Positions 39,001-54,000 of a DNA stretch of 64,000 nucleotides are shown here, piece by piece. The DNA lies in the NCBI RefSeq assembly GCF_964355755.1, contig NC_092677.1, forward strand, positions 8,268,101 through 8,332,100, written 5' to 3'. Both the position numbers and the translations under genes were made by a program. Under the pieces are notes generated by a model. The model was not told where the DNA came from. It searched no databases and worked only from the letters and a program-made list of their open reading frames with translations. The DNA is from Antedon mediterranea. Lineage: Eukaryota; Animalia; Echinodermata. Each line of letters begins with the position of its first letter. The first letter of the stretch is position 1.

Positions 39001-42000
39001 TGTAGATTGGCTATTTTTTGGGTCTAGACCTACTGTTAGTACAGGCTTCTTTATCATGGTACCAAATGGTCTATTTCCTTTATCATAAAATTGAACAAAA
39101 ATACTGATCATTCTTATAGTTTACCATGAATACTATGTTTCCACAATTTACGCAGCACATTGTCATTCTATATTCTGTATAGGCCAGTGCTATTTTCAAG
39201 GTGTACCTAAACCATGGAGCCTCCATGTTTAAACCCTTTAATACAAGTAGTGCCCTTGTAACTTGTAAAACCTTGTATTTTTTGAAGGAAGGAAATGGAA
39301 TAAAATAAATATAATCATGACAAATTTGTAATGACATTCTAGAAATGATCCTTGAACATACGTGTACAGTAAATAAACACCATTATCTATCCACAAAATG
39401 TTTTTTATTTAATTTATTTATAAAAATAATAATACTGTGCTGTATACATTTAATTTATATTTATAATATTTCTGTTAAATGCCTGGAACATACTGTACTA
39501 CTGATAATGATATGTCCTTAGAAAATTGGAATATCCTCAAACCAGCATAATTTCTTTTCAAGACATGGTGGAAGTAACGTCTGAATGAAGAGCTACAGAC
39601 AGTGCACATTGAGAATGAGAGGGAGGAGATGTGAAACTAATATTACCATTTTGACTCAGATGTCATACAGTATACTCTCTAACAACATAAGAAACACAAT
39701 AAGTTGTATTGTTACTGTATGTCAATTTGTATAATATTATAAATATTAAAGTCAATTGAAATTTTTTTTTTTCAATCGTCATCATTGGTTCCTTTTATGG
39801 TTAACAGAACACTGTATACACATTTCACAGTGGGTGGAGTTGTCAAAAGTGATCATGTGTTTAAAAGTCCTGCTTGTTTGTCCTTTGCCTATAGTCAAGA
39901 TATTTGTTGCGGTTGCTATTATTTAGCGACAGGTATGGTGAATATCAGTCCTGCTATAGTTACTCAATCAAATGTGTCCAATTGTCCCATTGTGGCTTCT
40001 GCAAAGTACAAGAACTTTAACTTATGTACAGTTATTTATATAGTAAAGTACCACAATTGACATTTGTTCAGTACATGTGACTCGCCCAGAACCAGATTCT
40101 CTAAAAACTTGCCTGCAACAACCATTCATTAGTTATACAATTTTCTCTGGTATGGGATCAAGCAGCTCAGCAGCACTGGCTATTTTTTGGAATAAACTTC
40201 AATTATTTCTTATTTCATACGTATCCAACCAGTTATAGGATGGATAAACTATTTAATAATTTATCATGCTTATAAACTCAGTCTAAGTCTCATTTTGAGG
40301 CTCAGGGAGAGGAGTTGAAAGAGTAGGAAGTTTACAACCATAGTACTAGTTCAGGATTTGACCTTGGGATTGGAAGCCATTAACCACCAAGCTACAGCTC
40401 CACTACACTATTATATTAGTCTACCTTTCTCTCTTGCCCCTCCCTTTTTTTCCTATGCATCTGAATCCTCCCTTATGTATAGTAATATAATGTCTATTTG
40501 AACACACTATAGCACTTCATGACAAAATTCAAAGTTTATATATGATCTTTCTACATTGTTGTTTCAATGACTAATGGCATTTTAATACAATCACACCCTT
40601 TTGTTATAATATTTCAATTGCCTTTTATCAATGCTTTGACTATGAGAACATACTGTAGTCTAGATCCTTATTCTTTATGCTGAATTGACGAGAAATAAAA
40701 TAGGAATACATTCCTGTCATGATTTTCTGATACTATAATGATGGGGTACAGTTATGTTCGGTTATTTTTAATTAACATACTGTATGAGAGAACATTTGTT
40801 TTTGTCTGCTAAATAGTCTATGATCATTAAGCAATGCAATATGTTTAAAAAATTACTAACAGTACATATACAGATAAGAGTCAGTTTAAATTGATGTTTA
40901 TTAATAAATCAAACAGTAGTTATTATAGAACCATTAACAAATTTAATATAAAGACAAATTACATTTTTGGAACTTGGTACATGTAGATTATTGATAAGGG
41001 CATCTAATCTGATACAAAAATTAATTACACAAGTAATCGGCCCTAATGATTTTTCTTCTTTTTTTCTATTTATTGCAAAAATGACGAATGCAATGAGTAG
41101 ACATACAGTGAACTGTAATGAATAAAGTTGGTTGATCGTAATAATAACTATTTGTTTATTCTGTTGTATTGTACACAGTATTTTAGCCACGTGATATATT
41201 CCTACCTTGATATTAGGAAACAAGACCCCACCACCGAGACTTTTGAGAAAATATTTTTTTTATACGGCCTAAATTATTATATTTGGTGACTGATAAACAT
41301 ATAGGTTTTGTCTGACCAGGGAACTCCCTGGTCTGACTTAGCTATAAAATAAGGAAATTAGGAAACTATCCAAAAATAAATAAACAAGCAAATGGAGAAT
41401 AAGATTACGCTTATCTGATACAATGACTGTATAATTAGAATTCAAATTGTCCTCTGTCATTAAAAGGGTCTTTGTTACTATAGTAACTGGATTTATATCC
41501 ATATTTGGTAATGTTCTCTGATGAATATAACTGATTTGCATAATTTTCATGGTTCATTTAACAGAGTAGATTTGCATTGAATGCTTTAAAAAATGTCCCA
41601 ATTTTGTTTAGATTATATAGAGACATACTGTACTGTGACTGGTTATATTTACAGTATTTGTTTGTTATTTACGTAACTATTGTTTATTTCATTATAGATA
41701 CTATAATAGTTGAAAATACATCTAACAGATTGACAACTCCAACAGCTCAAAATTAATCACAGCCCAAAATGCTAGCCATGTTGGAGAGAAATCATAACAA
41801 AATGTACCACTGTACACCATGTTACTGTAGTTTCCCCCTACTTTGCCATGCATCAGGCATCTATCTACAGTATAGTTTTGAGCAATTTGAGCATCAAGGC
41901 AATTCTTTACGACCCTTTAATTTGAAAATTTAACTTTTACCATGAATTGAATTGCATAACAATAAACAATAATTGAATTAATTTCATAATAAATGAACAG

Positions 42001-45000
42001 TAAAAACCATCGTCTCTATGAGACCAGTGCTACAGTATCTGCCTACTATAACTCAAAGGGTAGTCTGGGCTCCAGACGGAGTTTTTTCTTAATATTAGTA
42101 AAAATATAAATATTTTTGCACATATGGCGTTTCATACGTGTATTACTTGATTTTGTGTATTTTCAGACAAAAATCGCGGCCGAAATAAAACAAATAAATA
42201 AAAAACAATACAGACTTGGGGCAAGTCTACTCAAAGGGGTGTGGGTGTATTTAATTACATGATAACCATGCTTAAATACTGTTTGGGGTTAAACATGGAT
42301 GCAACATAAATCAGTATGTGAACATTGTATGTTCATCATTATGCTTTCTAGGTTCATAAGTCATGAATTCTGTACACATTCCAAGTTCAAACAACAAAAC
42401 ATAATTGTTAATGATGTCTCAACTAACATATTGCCTGATATCTTAATCCTTTATTTCTTCCATTATGTAAACAAAGTATATTGGTTTTTATAATTATTAA
42501 TCTGATTATTAATTGTTTTCGTTTTAGGCTTTGACAGCGCTTCGTGTCTTTGTGATATTACCAATGAAATCAGGCAAACATGTAAGTATTTAAAACTTGT
42601 TATTGTACATTTATTTTTCTTATAGTTATACATGGTACACTATCTCTAAATATACAGTGACAGCAACTCTGGGATACCACTTCACACATTTAAAAATAAT
42701 AGTATAAAAACCACTCTGATATATTTTTTTCATTTTAGTTTAAAATGCCAACGCCATAGACATTTGTTATAAAAAAACAACCTTTTGGGACATACATTAC
42801 AGTATGTCTTATTGCTAATTTGTTTGTTGCAATTAATTAATTAATAAATCATAATTAATTAATTAATTTATTACTCTTTAAATGGATTGTTTTATAGTCT
42901 TTCATCATAAAACCTAGATATCTATACAAAGTCATTGAAATGATTAAACTTTGTGTTAACAATTTCCGATCCATGAGCTCAGATCTATTAAAATTGTGAT
43001 TCAGCGACAACTGTGTATTACTCATTGATGATAGGGGTATCCCCATTATACACTGTAAGTTTGTACAGTACTTTAAGTGTGTTTATCTCAGGGAAATAAG
43101 TTAATATCTTACACTCAACATATCATCTTTAAATGTTTAATTATAACACTTTATAAATACTTAATCTAAAAACATATTTAAAAAATCCATGATACTACTG
43201 TACATGATTGTCTTGGGCGGATGCAGGATTTTATTTAAAACGGTTAGCACTAATATTAATAACTTTCAAAAATAGATATCAAAATGTAGTTCACACTAGC
43301 TGCCATCGCTCTCCCTCCCCTGATTGATAATTATGATCATAAAAAAAGACAACATTTCAAATTGTTGGTATTAAACTCTTTTCAGTTTAATAATAAATAC
43401 TATTAGAAAATTGACACTCAATAAAAGAATATTAATAATAATAGTTTTTAATTATTAATTTGTTTATGTAGAATATAATTATATATTTGTGTACTGTATA
43501 ATTAATATTTCATTATTTATGGTCTTTTATTATTATTTTTATGGCAGCAAAAATCATATTATAAACTAAACTGTATGCTATAACCATATTTACATTAATA
43601 AGACGTTATAAAAATATTAAACATGAAAAAACTACAGTATACAGTAAAGCTATTATTAATATAATTTTTATTTTTTAAAATGTTGTACTGTATAATATGA
43701 CAATGACAACTTCTTTTATTTTCTTTTTAAATAAAGTAGATAAATACAACAAAATTAACAGTTATAATTACAAAATTGATTTAAACAAAGAAAAGGGGAA
43801 AATTCTTGAAGCAGATGCGTATAAATGAAAAAACAGCAAATCAGCTAAAAATTATAATTTTATAGAATTTTTCCAATAAAATACTACATTTAAACTAAGC
43901 AAACAATTTAATACCGCTTGTAATTTTAAAATATAAAAATATGACATTTTGCAAATTAAAAGTTCCTTAAGCAACTGAATGAATCTTTATTTGTATTAAC
44001 CTTTTAAGACATTATCCAATAAATATTGTATGATAATTTCATTTATGTTTATTGTAATGTTATTCAAAACAATAATTTAGATCTATTTCTCCAACAGGGA
44101 ATTGAACATGACTTCAACTATTTGGAGATTAAAGGAATTGCATCTGAAAAGGACAAAAAGGTAAATGTTATCAATCTTTTTTTGCTTCCAAAAAATATAC
44201 ATTATTTAAATATGGTATTTTAAGTATATTTTTTGACAGTTGAAATGAGCCTGATACAAATATTCAAAATACTGTACAAGTGAATGTATTTTTGTCATTA
44301 CTTTACACTTTATTTCAAATGACTTCAGGACCACCCAAGGTACATAACAGAAATATGCCTATAGTGTCTTCTTTTGTTTGTTCTTATGGCACTCCAGGTT
44401 ATAAGTTTAATATTAAATAATGCTATACAATGAATTTAATTTAACATGATACAGCAACATGTAAATCTCCTAACAGAGGTTAATCATATTCAATAAGAAA
44501 TTAAAATTGAATTAATAGAACAAGCGTGTTGAACCTTATTGTATCTACTTATTATGACAACCAGCAGCTATCTAAATAAGCTTGATGAATTAATTAAACA
44601 CAAAGTGTGTTTCATTTTATTTTACAACTGTTTTTATAGCCAGATTTGTCACATTTAATTGTTGATGTACTTCAGGTGAAAAAATAATTCGCTATAAGTA
44701 AATAAAAATTCACAAAAAATCAATCGAATGGCAGAATAATAATAATTTTTTTATGAATAATACAAAGGAAGGGTTTCATTCATTTGAATTATTTGTATAG
44801 TGTATAACAGCGTTTCTTAATATTATTATGGTAGTTGTTGTTGTCCAATATTTTATATAATTAATATTTTTTAAATTTTAATCTGGTGGCCATGACTTTA
44901 GCCTCCTTCTGCACACTTTCTTTCATTGTAAATGTATGTGTGCAGTAAAACAATAAAAACAAACGTTAAATACAGTAACTGAATGGTAATTGCTCATCCA

Positions 45001-48000
45001 AATGAGGTATTTTTAGGCAATGAATCTGATGATTTCAAAGCATAATGTCGTTGACATATAGATTTGAGGTCACCAACTATTTAGCTATCCTTCTGATGTT
45101 TGATCCTTTTCTTCTGAAAGATATTCGGGGTGTTTCAGGCACACACGAGCCATGTGTACACAGGACCTTCTGTTTTGTTCTTTACTGAGACTTGTGCTAC
45201 CACCAGATATAATGTTTGAGGCATGCGAACCAAAGAGAAATTTATATGCTTGACCATGTGCCGAAGTTAAGGCTATACAATTTTATGGTGCCATACCATT
45301 CAGCTCAACTTTGGATTATTAATAAAAAACCCGCTTTTACTGTTGGATGGGTTTTTTTTGTACAGTAGCAGCCAAAAATTGAAACTGATGAACTATAATA
45401 CAATTAGTAGTTCATACACCCAGTCTATCAAAGTTCCATTCTTCCACTATCTGATCAATAGTTCTTAAGTAGATTTTGATGAGGTGTTTATATATCAAAT
45501 TATAAACTACTTTATTTGGATTTTGGTGGTAAATTCCCTTTTGATATTATATTATCCAATGGTATTCAGGAAGTATTTGTATTCCATTGATGGATGTATT
45601 AAATTAGTTATACTTATTTGGTTTTGATTTTTTCAGTTCTTAAACTAGAATTGTACTCATCAGTATTCACTTACACAAAAAAAATATATTTATTAATTAA
45701 TTAATAAGTGAATTGAGTGTGGACCTGAATAAATTGAAATAACATTTTTTTTTAATCTAAATATATACAGTAGTACTGTACCACCAAAAATAGAAACACA
45801 TTTTTGAGGTTTGTAAATATTAATGTACCGTAATTGTTATTTGTAATGTAATATATTTTAAATGTCTATATTTTGTAATACAATTTTAATCTTTGACTGC
45901 TGTTTTTAGGTAGGACCTATTGAAACCAGAAAAATATATATTTTTTAAAAGAATTATTCGTGATAGATTAGATAATAATACATTTATCGTTTTCTTTCTT
46001 TTAGCTGAAATTTGTTTTAGAAAACGGCAAGGTAGTAAACGTGTCAACATCTAATCTTGAAGATACAGACAGCGTGATTGATTATTTAACGACATCTCTC
46101 AAAAAAGTCTTCCCAAAAACACCTATCTTGTAAGTTTTGATTTTTTCGCTCTAAAGTATTAGGATATGCGGTAGCTTATAGTTTACTACAGCAGAAAACA
46201 ATGAGTATTTGGAAACTCAGACTGGGAATTTGCTCCCCCCCCCCCCCCCCTGTCCGTGAAAAGAGAGTCTATCAAAACATTTGCTGATAAATATTGAGAT
46301 GCATTTTAGATGGTAGTTACCTTCAGATGAGCGATGTTTTTTGTAAGAAATATTTCTTGTTAATAGTATCTAGTAGTACAAAAGATTACATTCTGACTTC
46401 ACATTTCACAACTAGTCTGCTAATAAATAATTAAGTGATTTATATTCAGTATGTTTATTGATATTTACTATCTGACTTTGTGACATTTTAAGTTAATACA
46501 TTGGTCACATTCCTCCTGGCTATTATAAACTGTATCTGCATGATGATGTCATCCAGGCATCTCCATAGATGCAACCCTGGGATTAACAGTGACCTTTAAC
46601 CTTTAGGTATGACTAAGAATGAAAGTCATGAAAATTACTTTTGTTTTATTAAATTTACTGAAGAAAATTCTTACTCTGAGATTATCACAGCAAGTAAATA
46701 TCCTTTGTTTTTTGTTTTAAAGGAGATTGATAATTAATTTCCAACTGGAACCGAATAAACGACAGATGGATTTTCTGGAGAAGCTTAACAAGTTGGATAA
46801 CTCGCCTCAAACTGATGTCGGCCCCTGTGATGGTTTTTCACGGATGTATGCTTGTATGTGTGACTATATGAGACTCACGTACATGCCTGAAGTTGCTTGG
46901 GTGAGTATCTGAAATGGCATAATCTTATAATCTACTTTCATGTTTCGAAGTAGCTAAGCTGATGGATATAGTGTTTGTAATTCATTGAGAATAAATAAAT
47001 GTTAATCCTTTCATATTCCCTATGTAATATGGTAAAGGAATGTAGATAAATGACCAGAAGGAGTCTGGTGATTAAGATTTTACTTGTAGTTTCTGCAGAA
47101 ATGTTTTTCGTTCATTCAAAAATTAATATTTATAAGACTACCTTTCCAGACCATCTAACCTCAGTATTTCCAACCATGTACCGTGGACTGGTCATCACTC
47201 TTATCTCAAATTGATTTGAGGTCTTCATGATAGTGTTCTAATATATTCTAAAACAACTCCATTAAAGCTTGGTTCCCACTTGTACGCAACTCATCAAGAC
47301 ATACGGGCACCGCAAGCAATTTGACCAATCACAGCGCGATGGATCATTCAAACTGTTGCTTGTGATTGGTCAACTCATTCGTTGTCTTGAGTCCAAATAA
47401 AATCCAAGCTTTAATAAGAAATAGATAATGATGTTTTTATTTTTTTTAGGATATTGATACTATATACCTGTCACAGAATTGTAAAGACCTTTGTCTGAAT
47501 GATTTTGATCATCTCAATCCAAGGTAAGATTGTCAAATTTAACATTAGAAAACATGTCAAACATAGTTCTACTATGATTAATTGATTGAAATATATATTT
47601 ATACTGGGCTATCTATACAGCAACTTTGTATATCCATGCCTACAATGTGGAAACATTATCAGTAGTGAAACAATCGCCCGTATTTTTAAACCGGACCTTA
47701 GTTTCCATGATTTAATTAAAGTAAAAATAATAAAATCATAATATGTTATAACAGTAAAAACAATGTAGTTTCTGCAGTAATTGCATTTGAATAAAATTGA
47801 CATGATCCTTAAACAAAATATGAATATGAATTAATATTACATACAGTAGTTAAAACTAAACTAGAGAAGTATAAATTTCAAGTCAATCAAAAGAAATCAA
47901 CATATTTAGGAGATACTGAATTAAATTATATTCATTCATTTTTCTAGGGATTTGACTCCAATCATTGCGTCTTTAGAGCATAACACCTTTTTCAATCAAC

Positions 48001-51000
48001 TCTCAGCGAATAGTCTTAAAATTAAACTGGTAAGTCTGGACTTCCTTGTAGCATTATATTTGCGCTTAAGTAAAGATTAGCTCAAAATAAGCATGAAGAA
48101 AGTTTGCTTTAAAAAAATGTTTGAAGAATTTTAAGGCTTAAGAAAAGCTTTTTCGGGCAGTTTAAAAGTAGAGTATGTACTGTATGCCTGCGGCAAAGTC
48201 AAGAGCAAAAATCAGAGAAAATGCTACAATTGCTGCATGTCAAGTACAGTAAAAGGCAAAGTTTAGTAAAAATAATTATTATAATATATAGGTCTTTTAT
48301 TTTTTAATGGAACATTTTTTTTTCCATGAGGATGATTTGAAATACCTGCTAAGGGTTCCTTCTTTTTTTTGTAGAATCTACTTTTTGTATAGCTGTCTGT
48401 TCCTAATCTTCCCATCTCCTCTGTCTTAAATCCCTATCTCATATTGCACAACTAAGGGATATTAATATTCATTATACATTGAGGGCTTAGTATATCAACG
48501 CATTATGAACACAGTTCATAACCATCAGGGTTTCAATGACTTAGTAAAGGTAAATTCTGTTACTGCCTAGAGCAGTTGACATTCATGACCTAATAATCCT
48601 TTTACTTATCACATATATCCCAAATGTATTGTGTGGAATAACAATTTAAAATCACTTAACATATCTGTGTATGACTATGTATATTTTTAAGCATCCGGAA
48701 CACTGCTGATACTTTACCAGAAAACCCGGAACTTTTTTGTTCACAAAAACACTACTGATCAACAATTTTGTGTGCAAACCAAGTATGATTTGCATAAAAT
48801 TTTTATAAAAATGATTTGGTATATAGCTAGAAAAAAACTCCAGGTTCATAAACCCGCTACATTCAGATACTGAAAGAAAAACTTGTTAATAACAACTGAT
48901 ACTTCAATATACTAGATCCACATTAGAAATGATGCTTTTTTTTCACTTTGTGTTTGATTTGTATGAAATGGTATTGCAGTTTGCATCACGAAATAATTAT
49001 GTTGATAGAAAGTTTACAGTACACCACTATGTAGTTCTGAAAAGAATTATTGAGTTTTTCCAGAATAAACAAGAAATATTTCTTACAAAAAACGCTGCTC
49101 GACATTTTGAAATTAATCATTGTTCTTTCTTCAGACATATTTATGATTAATTATTAAAAAGATGTCCTTTAATCGCAAAAATACATACAAGTCAAAGATA
49201 GTTCTTTAATTATGATTCACATGCCCATTTAAAAACATTGGTCAATTTTGAACTTTATTGTGCTGTGTGTGTGTGACCTCAACCTGTTGGCATGCAACTG
49301 AATACCCTCTAGAGACAAAGTGACTTAACGAAAATTCTTCCCAGTCTGTTGATCCGTGTCAATCAATCAAAGGGCGAGAATCCAAATTCGTTCAACCGTG
49401 AGCCCTCATAGACTCTCTTTTCCCCCCCCGGAAGTTTTTTGGGTCCAGCAGCTGGGATCTATAAATTATAGTCAAGTTTACAAAGTCGCAAAACTGTCGG
49501 CCTTAGATACTATAACTGCTGCTTGCTTTAGCTTATGAATGAGTAGTCCTCATGGGACGTAGCTGGCTATAGCAGCAGCGTGAAAACAGTTCTTTTCAGA
49601 ACTACATATAAGGTGACATGATACTGCAAACTTTAGAACAACAAAGATTAATGATGTTAAAGTATGGAAAGTTGTGTAAAAAAATGTTCTGATTTAACAT
49701 ATTATTCTACTAAAAATTTGTTTAAAAAAAGTTGTTATCTTCTGAGACATACACAGCCTGAAAAACTTCTTGTCTTCCTATTGATTCCTGTACTTCATAA
49801 CCCTACTGTCTGATAGACAGTTTCAAATTTTGTAGTATTGTTGCAAAAGTATTTAAATTTTAAACTCATTCATCTTTTTTTATTCATATAAAAGGGTCAT
49901 ATTAAGCTATAAGCTTGTCAATTAAGCAAGTATATACTGTTGTTCACAGTTGAATCAATATATATCAGGAAATAAATTCTTGATAATTAGAAAACACAGG
50001 ATCAATAGTGTTTTGACTTGTAAACATATTTCTCAAATATCATGAAAACAAGGACATATTTACAGTTCATTTTAATCATAATATCAATAGAGTTTACAAT
50101 TAATTATACATACATTTTGTATGGCAAATTTACCGCATATTGTTAAGGCATGCGGATTCAGTGCAGGGCTCATCCTGTTTTACTCCCCAATACTAGGAAA
50201 TCTTTGAATCTCTTCTTAGTAATTCATTCACCACTAATCATGTTGGTTGAAGTATGGAGGAATTCTAAATAACTCTTCTATGGTTGAAGGATACACATAA
50301 ACGACCCAGCCCATGAATTTCACGTCGGCAATCGGCAATTGCCGACCTTATTGCCGACCTTAAATTGTCAGAGGACGGCAAGAGATTGCCGACCTAGAAA
50401 CTAGGCTAGATCCCTCCTTTCAAGCCTCCTAGCAACAACATGGTACTTTAAGGGATCGTATCATTGAAATTTTAACAGGCATATTCACCACCATGTTGTG
50501 TTTAGTTAACAAACCATGGAATTAAGATGATCCCTGAATTCACTCAACCATTACATCATTTTGTGTGTGAGCTGCATGCTTTCCTATCAACCAAGCTGGC
50601 TGGGCACAGCGCTGCGCGCCACCCACCTGTGTAGGGGAATACCCTGTTATGCCAAGCAAGCAACTATGCTCTGTGTACGGCTGGCTCCAGAACCATGATG
50701 TTCAGCAATTAATTATCAAATAGAATTTATCTTGTAGATTTTAGTGTTAGGTTTTTATATTTTTTTAAAGTTAATTTTGCTAGTTCTTTTTGCATAACAT
50801 AGGGAGGCTAGGCCTAGCTAGGCCTTTTAGGTTAGCAAGAGGTTTAGGCCTTGGGTTGGGGTGAATTTTCTATTTTTAGAACTGCCGAGACTGCCGACCT
50901 TGGCGAATTTAAGGTCGGCAATTTTTTGCCGACCTTCTTTTTTCTGAATTTCGTGGGCTGAACGACCTATGACCTGCAGTTACGACCATCAATACCTCTC

Positions 51001-54000
51001 AAATATAAATACCAATACAGTTTATTACAGTATATACTGTATACAGTTTTTTTTTACAGTATTTTTTTACTGTATATTATACTGTACAGTTTATTTACAG
51101 TACCTTTTTTTAACAGTATAAATACAGTTATTTACAGTTTAATTTAATCATGAAAGTTTCTTCCTTACAGAATCATAGCAAAAGCGTAAGTAGAGAAACG
51201 TTTTTCAAGCCTGAAGAAAAAAATCACAAAATCAATTTCTTTTCTTTTTATGTTATCATCATTTCATAATTGACTTGGGAGTTTTGGTTCTTGAGTAGAA
51301 AATAGCTTTTAGTTAGTTTACCGTACTGTACAGTAATCGCAAAGTTTCCTAATAGTGTACTGTACGAAACAGGCAATACTTTGCTTTATGTACAAGATTA
51401 TTATTTATAAAGTTCATTCCAGCAGTTTAAGTAGCTTCTACACCAATTTGATTAGGACTAATTGGCTTGTTAGGCCTTCCATAGACTCTTGTAGTTAAAA
51501 ACTCTTTTTGAACACTTTTCTATCCAGAGAAAAATAATAATTTGAATAATCATTTTTGCCTTCGTAGACAAGGTATTCTTGTGATTTGTAGAAAACTAAT
51601 ATAGCGAGAACATATTTAAAAATTACAGTACATTCAGCAAATAATTTTCTTTAGATATATTAACAATTTAACTTAAATTAGCATAGAGCCAATATTTCTT
51701 TAATAGATAAAATAATTATGAATAGTGGAAATTTTCTAATTTCTTGCTTTTCATGTGACTTTTAGCTTCTTCCGTTGTTGGGTTTATCCAATCCTTTCGG
51801 GATTCTGATAATTTAACAGATATTGCAAATGTAGGTCAATACCATTGAGTGGGATGTGACCTAATACATGTGGGCTTGTCTCATATGTTCCTGTGTTAAG
51901 TCGACAGCAAGCCTGTAGCCAGGATTGTTACATGGACTTTGTATTTTGTGTCCAATAATGTGCAAGTTTGAACGTAAGCAAGCACTGAATTGAAGACCAA
52001 AAGAAGAAGGGGTGGGGTTGAGAAGGAGTTTGGTGGCTACAGAAGAAAATGATGTTTATATTTTCATAGTCCAGTAGTAGATTAAATTTGCTTGATTGAT
52101 TAAAATAAAAACTTAGTACTTTAACATAAGAACGAAAATCAAAATCATAGCCTAAAGCGTAGTAGAACCAGCTGCCACAACATATCTAGGTGGTAGCCAA
52201 CACATTCAATACAATTTGTTTGATAGACTTTTTATATATGTTTTATGTTTACACATTTAAATTTTACCAGTTGTTTTAAAAATATCTTTGCTTACATCGT
52301 TTAACATAGTTTATAACTTTAAGAGTCCTTAAAAAATAAATAATAAAAAGTAAATATAACAAATTAAAAAAAAAATAAAATTGTTGTTTTGTAAAGATAT
52401 TTTAGCTCATCGGATCTTACACCTTAATTACGTAATTAATTACTTATTGGTAATTGAAGTTATTGAGTTTACAACCTATATGTGTATGCCTATAATGGCC
52501 TAATGACAATGTATATTCTTTTTTTTTGTTGTCTTTTTTTCTTTATTGTATCAAACAATCAATACAAAAGGTAGCCAAGATATAGCCGGAGCTAATCAAG
52601 CTTGGTACCTTTTAAAACATCTTAACTTTACTTAAGCTACGAAACCCTTTTCTAAATGTGGTCTTTAAAAAAAAACTCACAGACAATAAAATCACCATTA
52701 AAGTGGCAAATGGTCATCACACTATAACCATTGTTTTGCGTTATCACCACCATGAAATATGCTACCATAAGTTAAGCATCATCACAATAAACCTACATCT
52801 TGGATTTACATTATCAGATAAATCACTATTGTAAAATGTCATTACAATGTCATTTCTTTGCAATATGAAAAAAATGGTTGGCTTCCTTTCTTCTTCTTTT
52901 TAATTCATCTGATATCCAAGGTCTATTAAATAACTTTCTCATCTTTACAATAACTTGCAATCTATTAAAAACACCTTCATCAACTTCAACTGAAGAGAAT
53001 TCCTTTAACATTATAACAAGTTTACATATTAATATAGATATTTCATTACATATTAACTTTCACTTAATAGTGCAACACCTGTTTAATGACCTTTCAAATA
53101 ATATTTGGATATTAACGATACTTTTACCTATTACCTGTACTTTTTAGCTGTATCTTATGGCATAGACCTAATAAGTACTATATCGAAATGGCAAGTAGTA
53201 AAAACAGTAGTAAAACAGTAGTAAAACAGTATACAGTTTCTACATGTTTTAAGATGTGTACAGTAATATGTAGGCCCACTGTACAGACTTTTCATTTCTT
53301 CAGTGGAACTGAATTAAATGTGAAAAGCATCAAACTTGAAATCAAACTCACTTTATTGACAAATCAATAATCAACATATTTGTACTTAAATATTAGCTTC
53401 CCAGACAAGATGCTCAACAAACAAGTGAAATTAAACAGAAGGTATAAAATAAATCGTTCCTGTGAATGCATGTGTTATGACATTGTTACAGTACTGTAAT
53501 GTATTTAATCAACTTTCTTTGCATTTATTTTTCTTTTATCTTTAGATATTACTAAACTTAACGCATATGCAAGTCTGTCTCTATTTCATTTATCATCCTA
53601 TATTTGAATACAGTTTACTGCCCCATTATTTAACTCTCCATCGTCTAAAATAAAAAAATACTTACTGAAGAGATCTGTGCTATTCATATTGCACTGATGA
53701 CTGTTTGACTGTATACTTTTAAGATAGCGTATGTGGAATAGTCTGCTTGTTTTTACTCATTAAAACTTTTTTATGTTTTTTTTTTGTTCAAATGCTTTTA
53801 ATAAAACAGTCTTTCTTGCTTGAATGCTTTGAAATCAGTATTTCTTTGTTAAATGTTTTTATAAGTTATTTTTTACCATGCCTATTATATGATTTATTTA
53901 ATACATTATTTGATAATACTGTAACATGTTGTATTTAATTGATAAAATATGTAAGGTTTGTATATAAACACATTATGAAGTTGAAATATTTTTCTTTATT

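Noticed and set aside
50320-50400. Short repeated TTGCCGACC units suggestive of an array
   Set aside because: Transposon subterminal repeats; no repeat-spacer structure and the context is eukaryotic, so not CRISPR.
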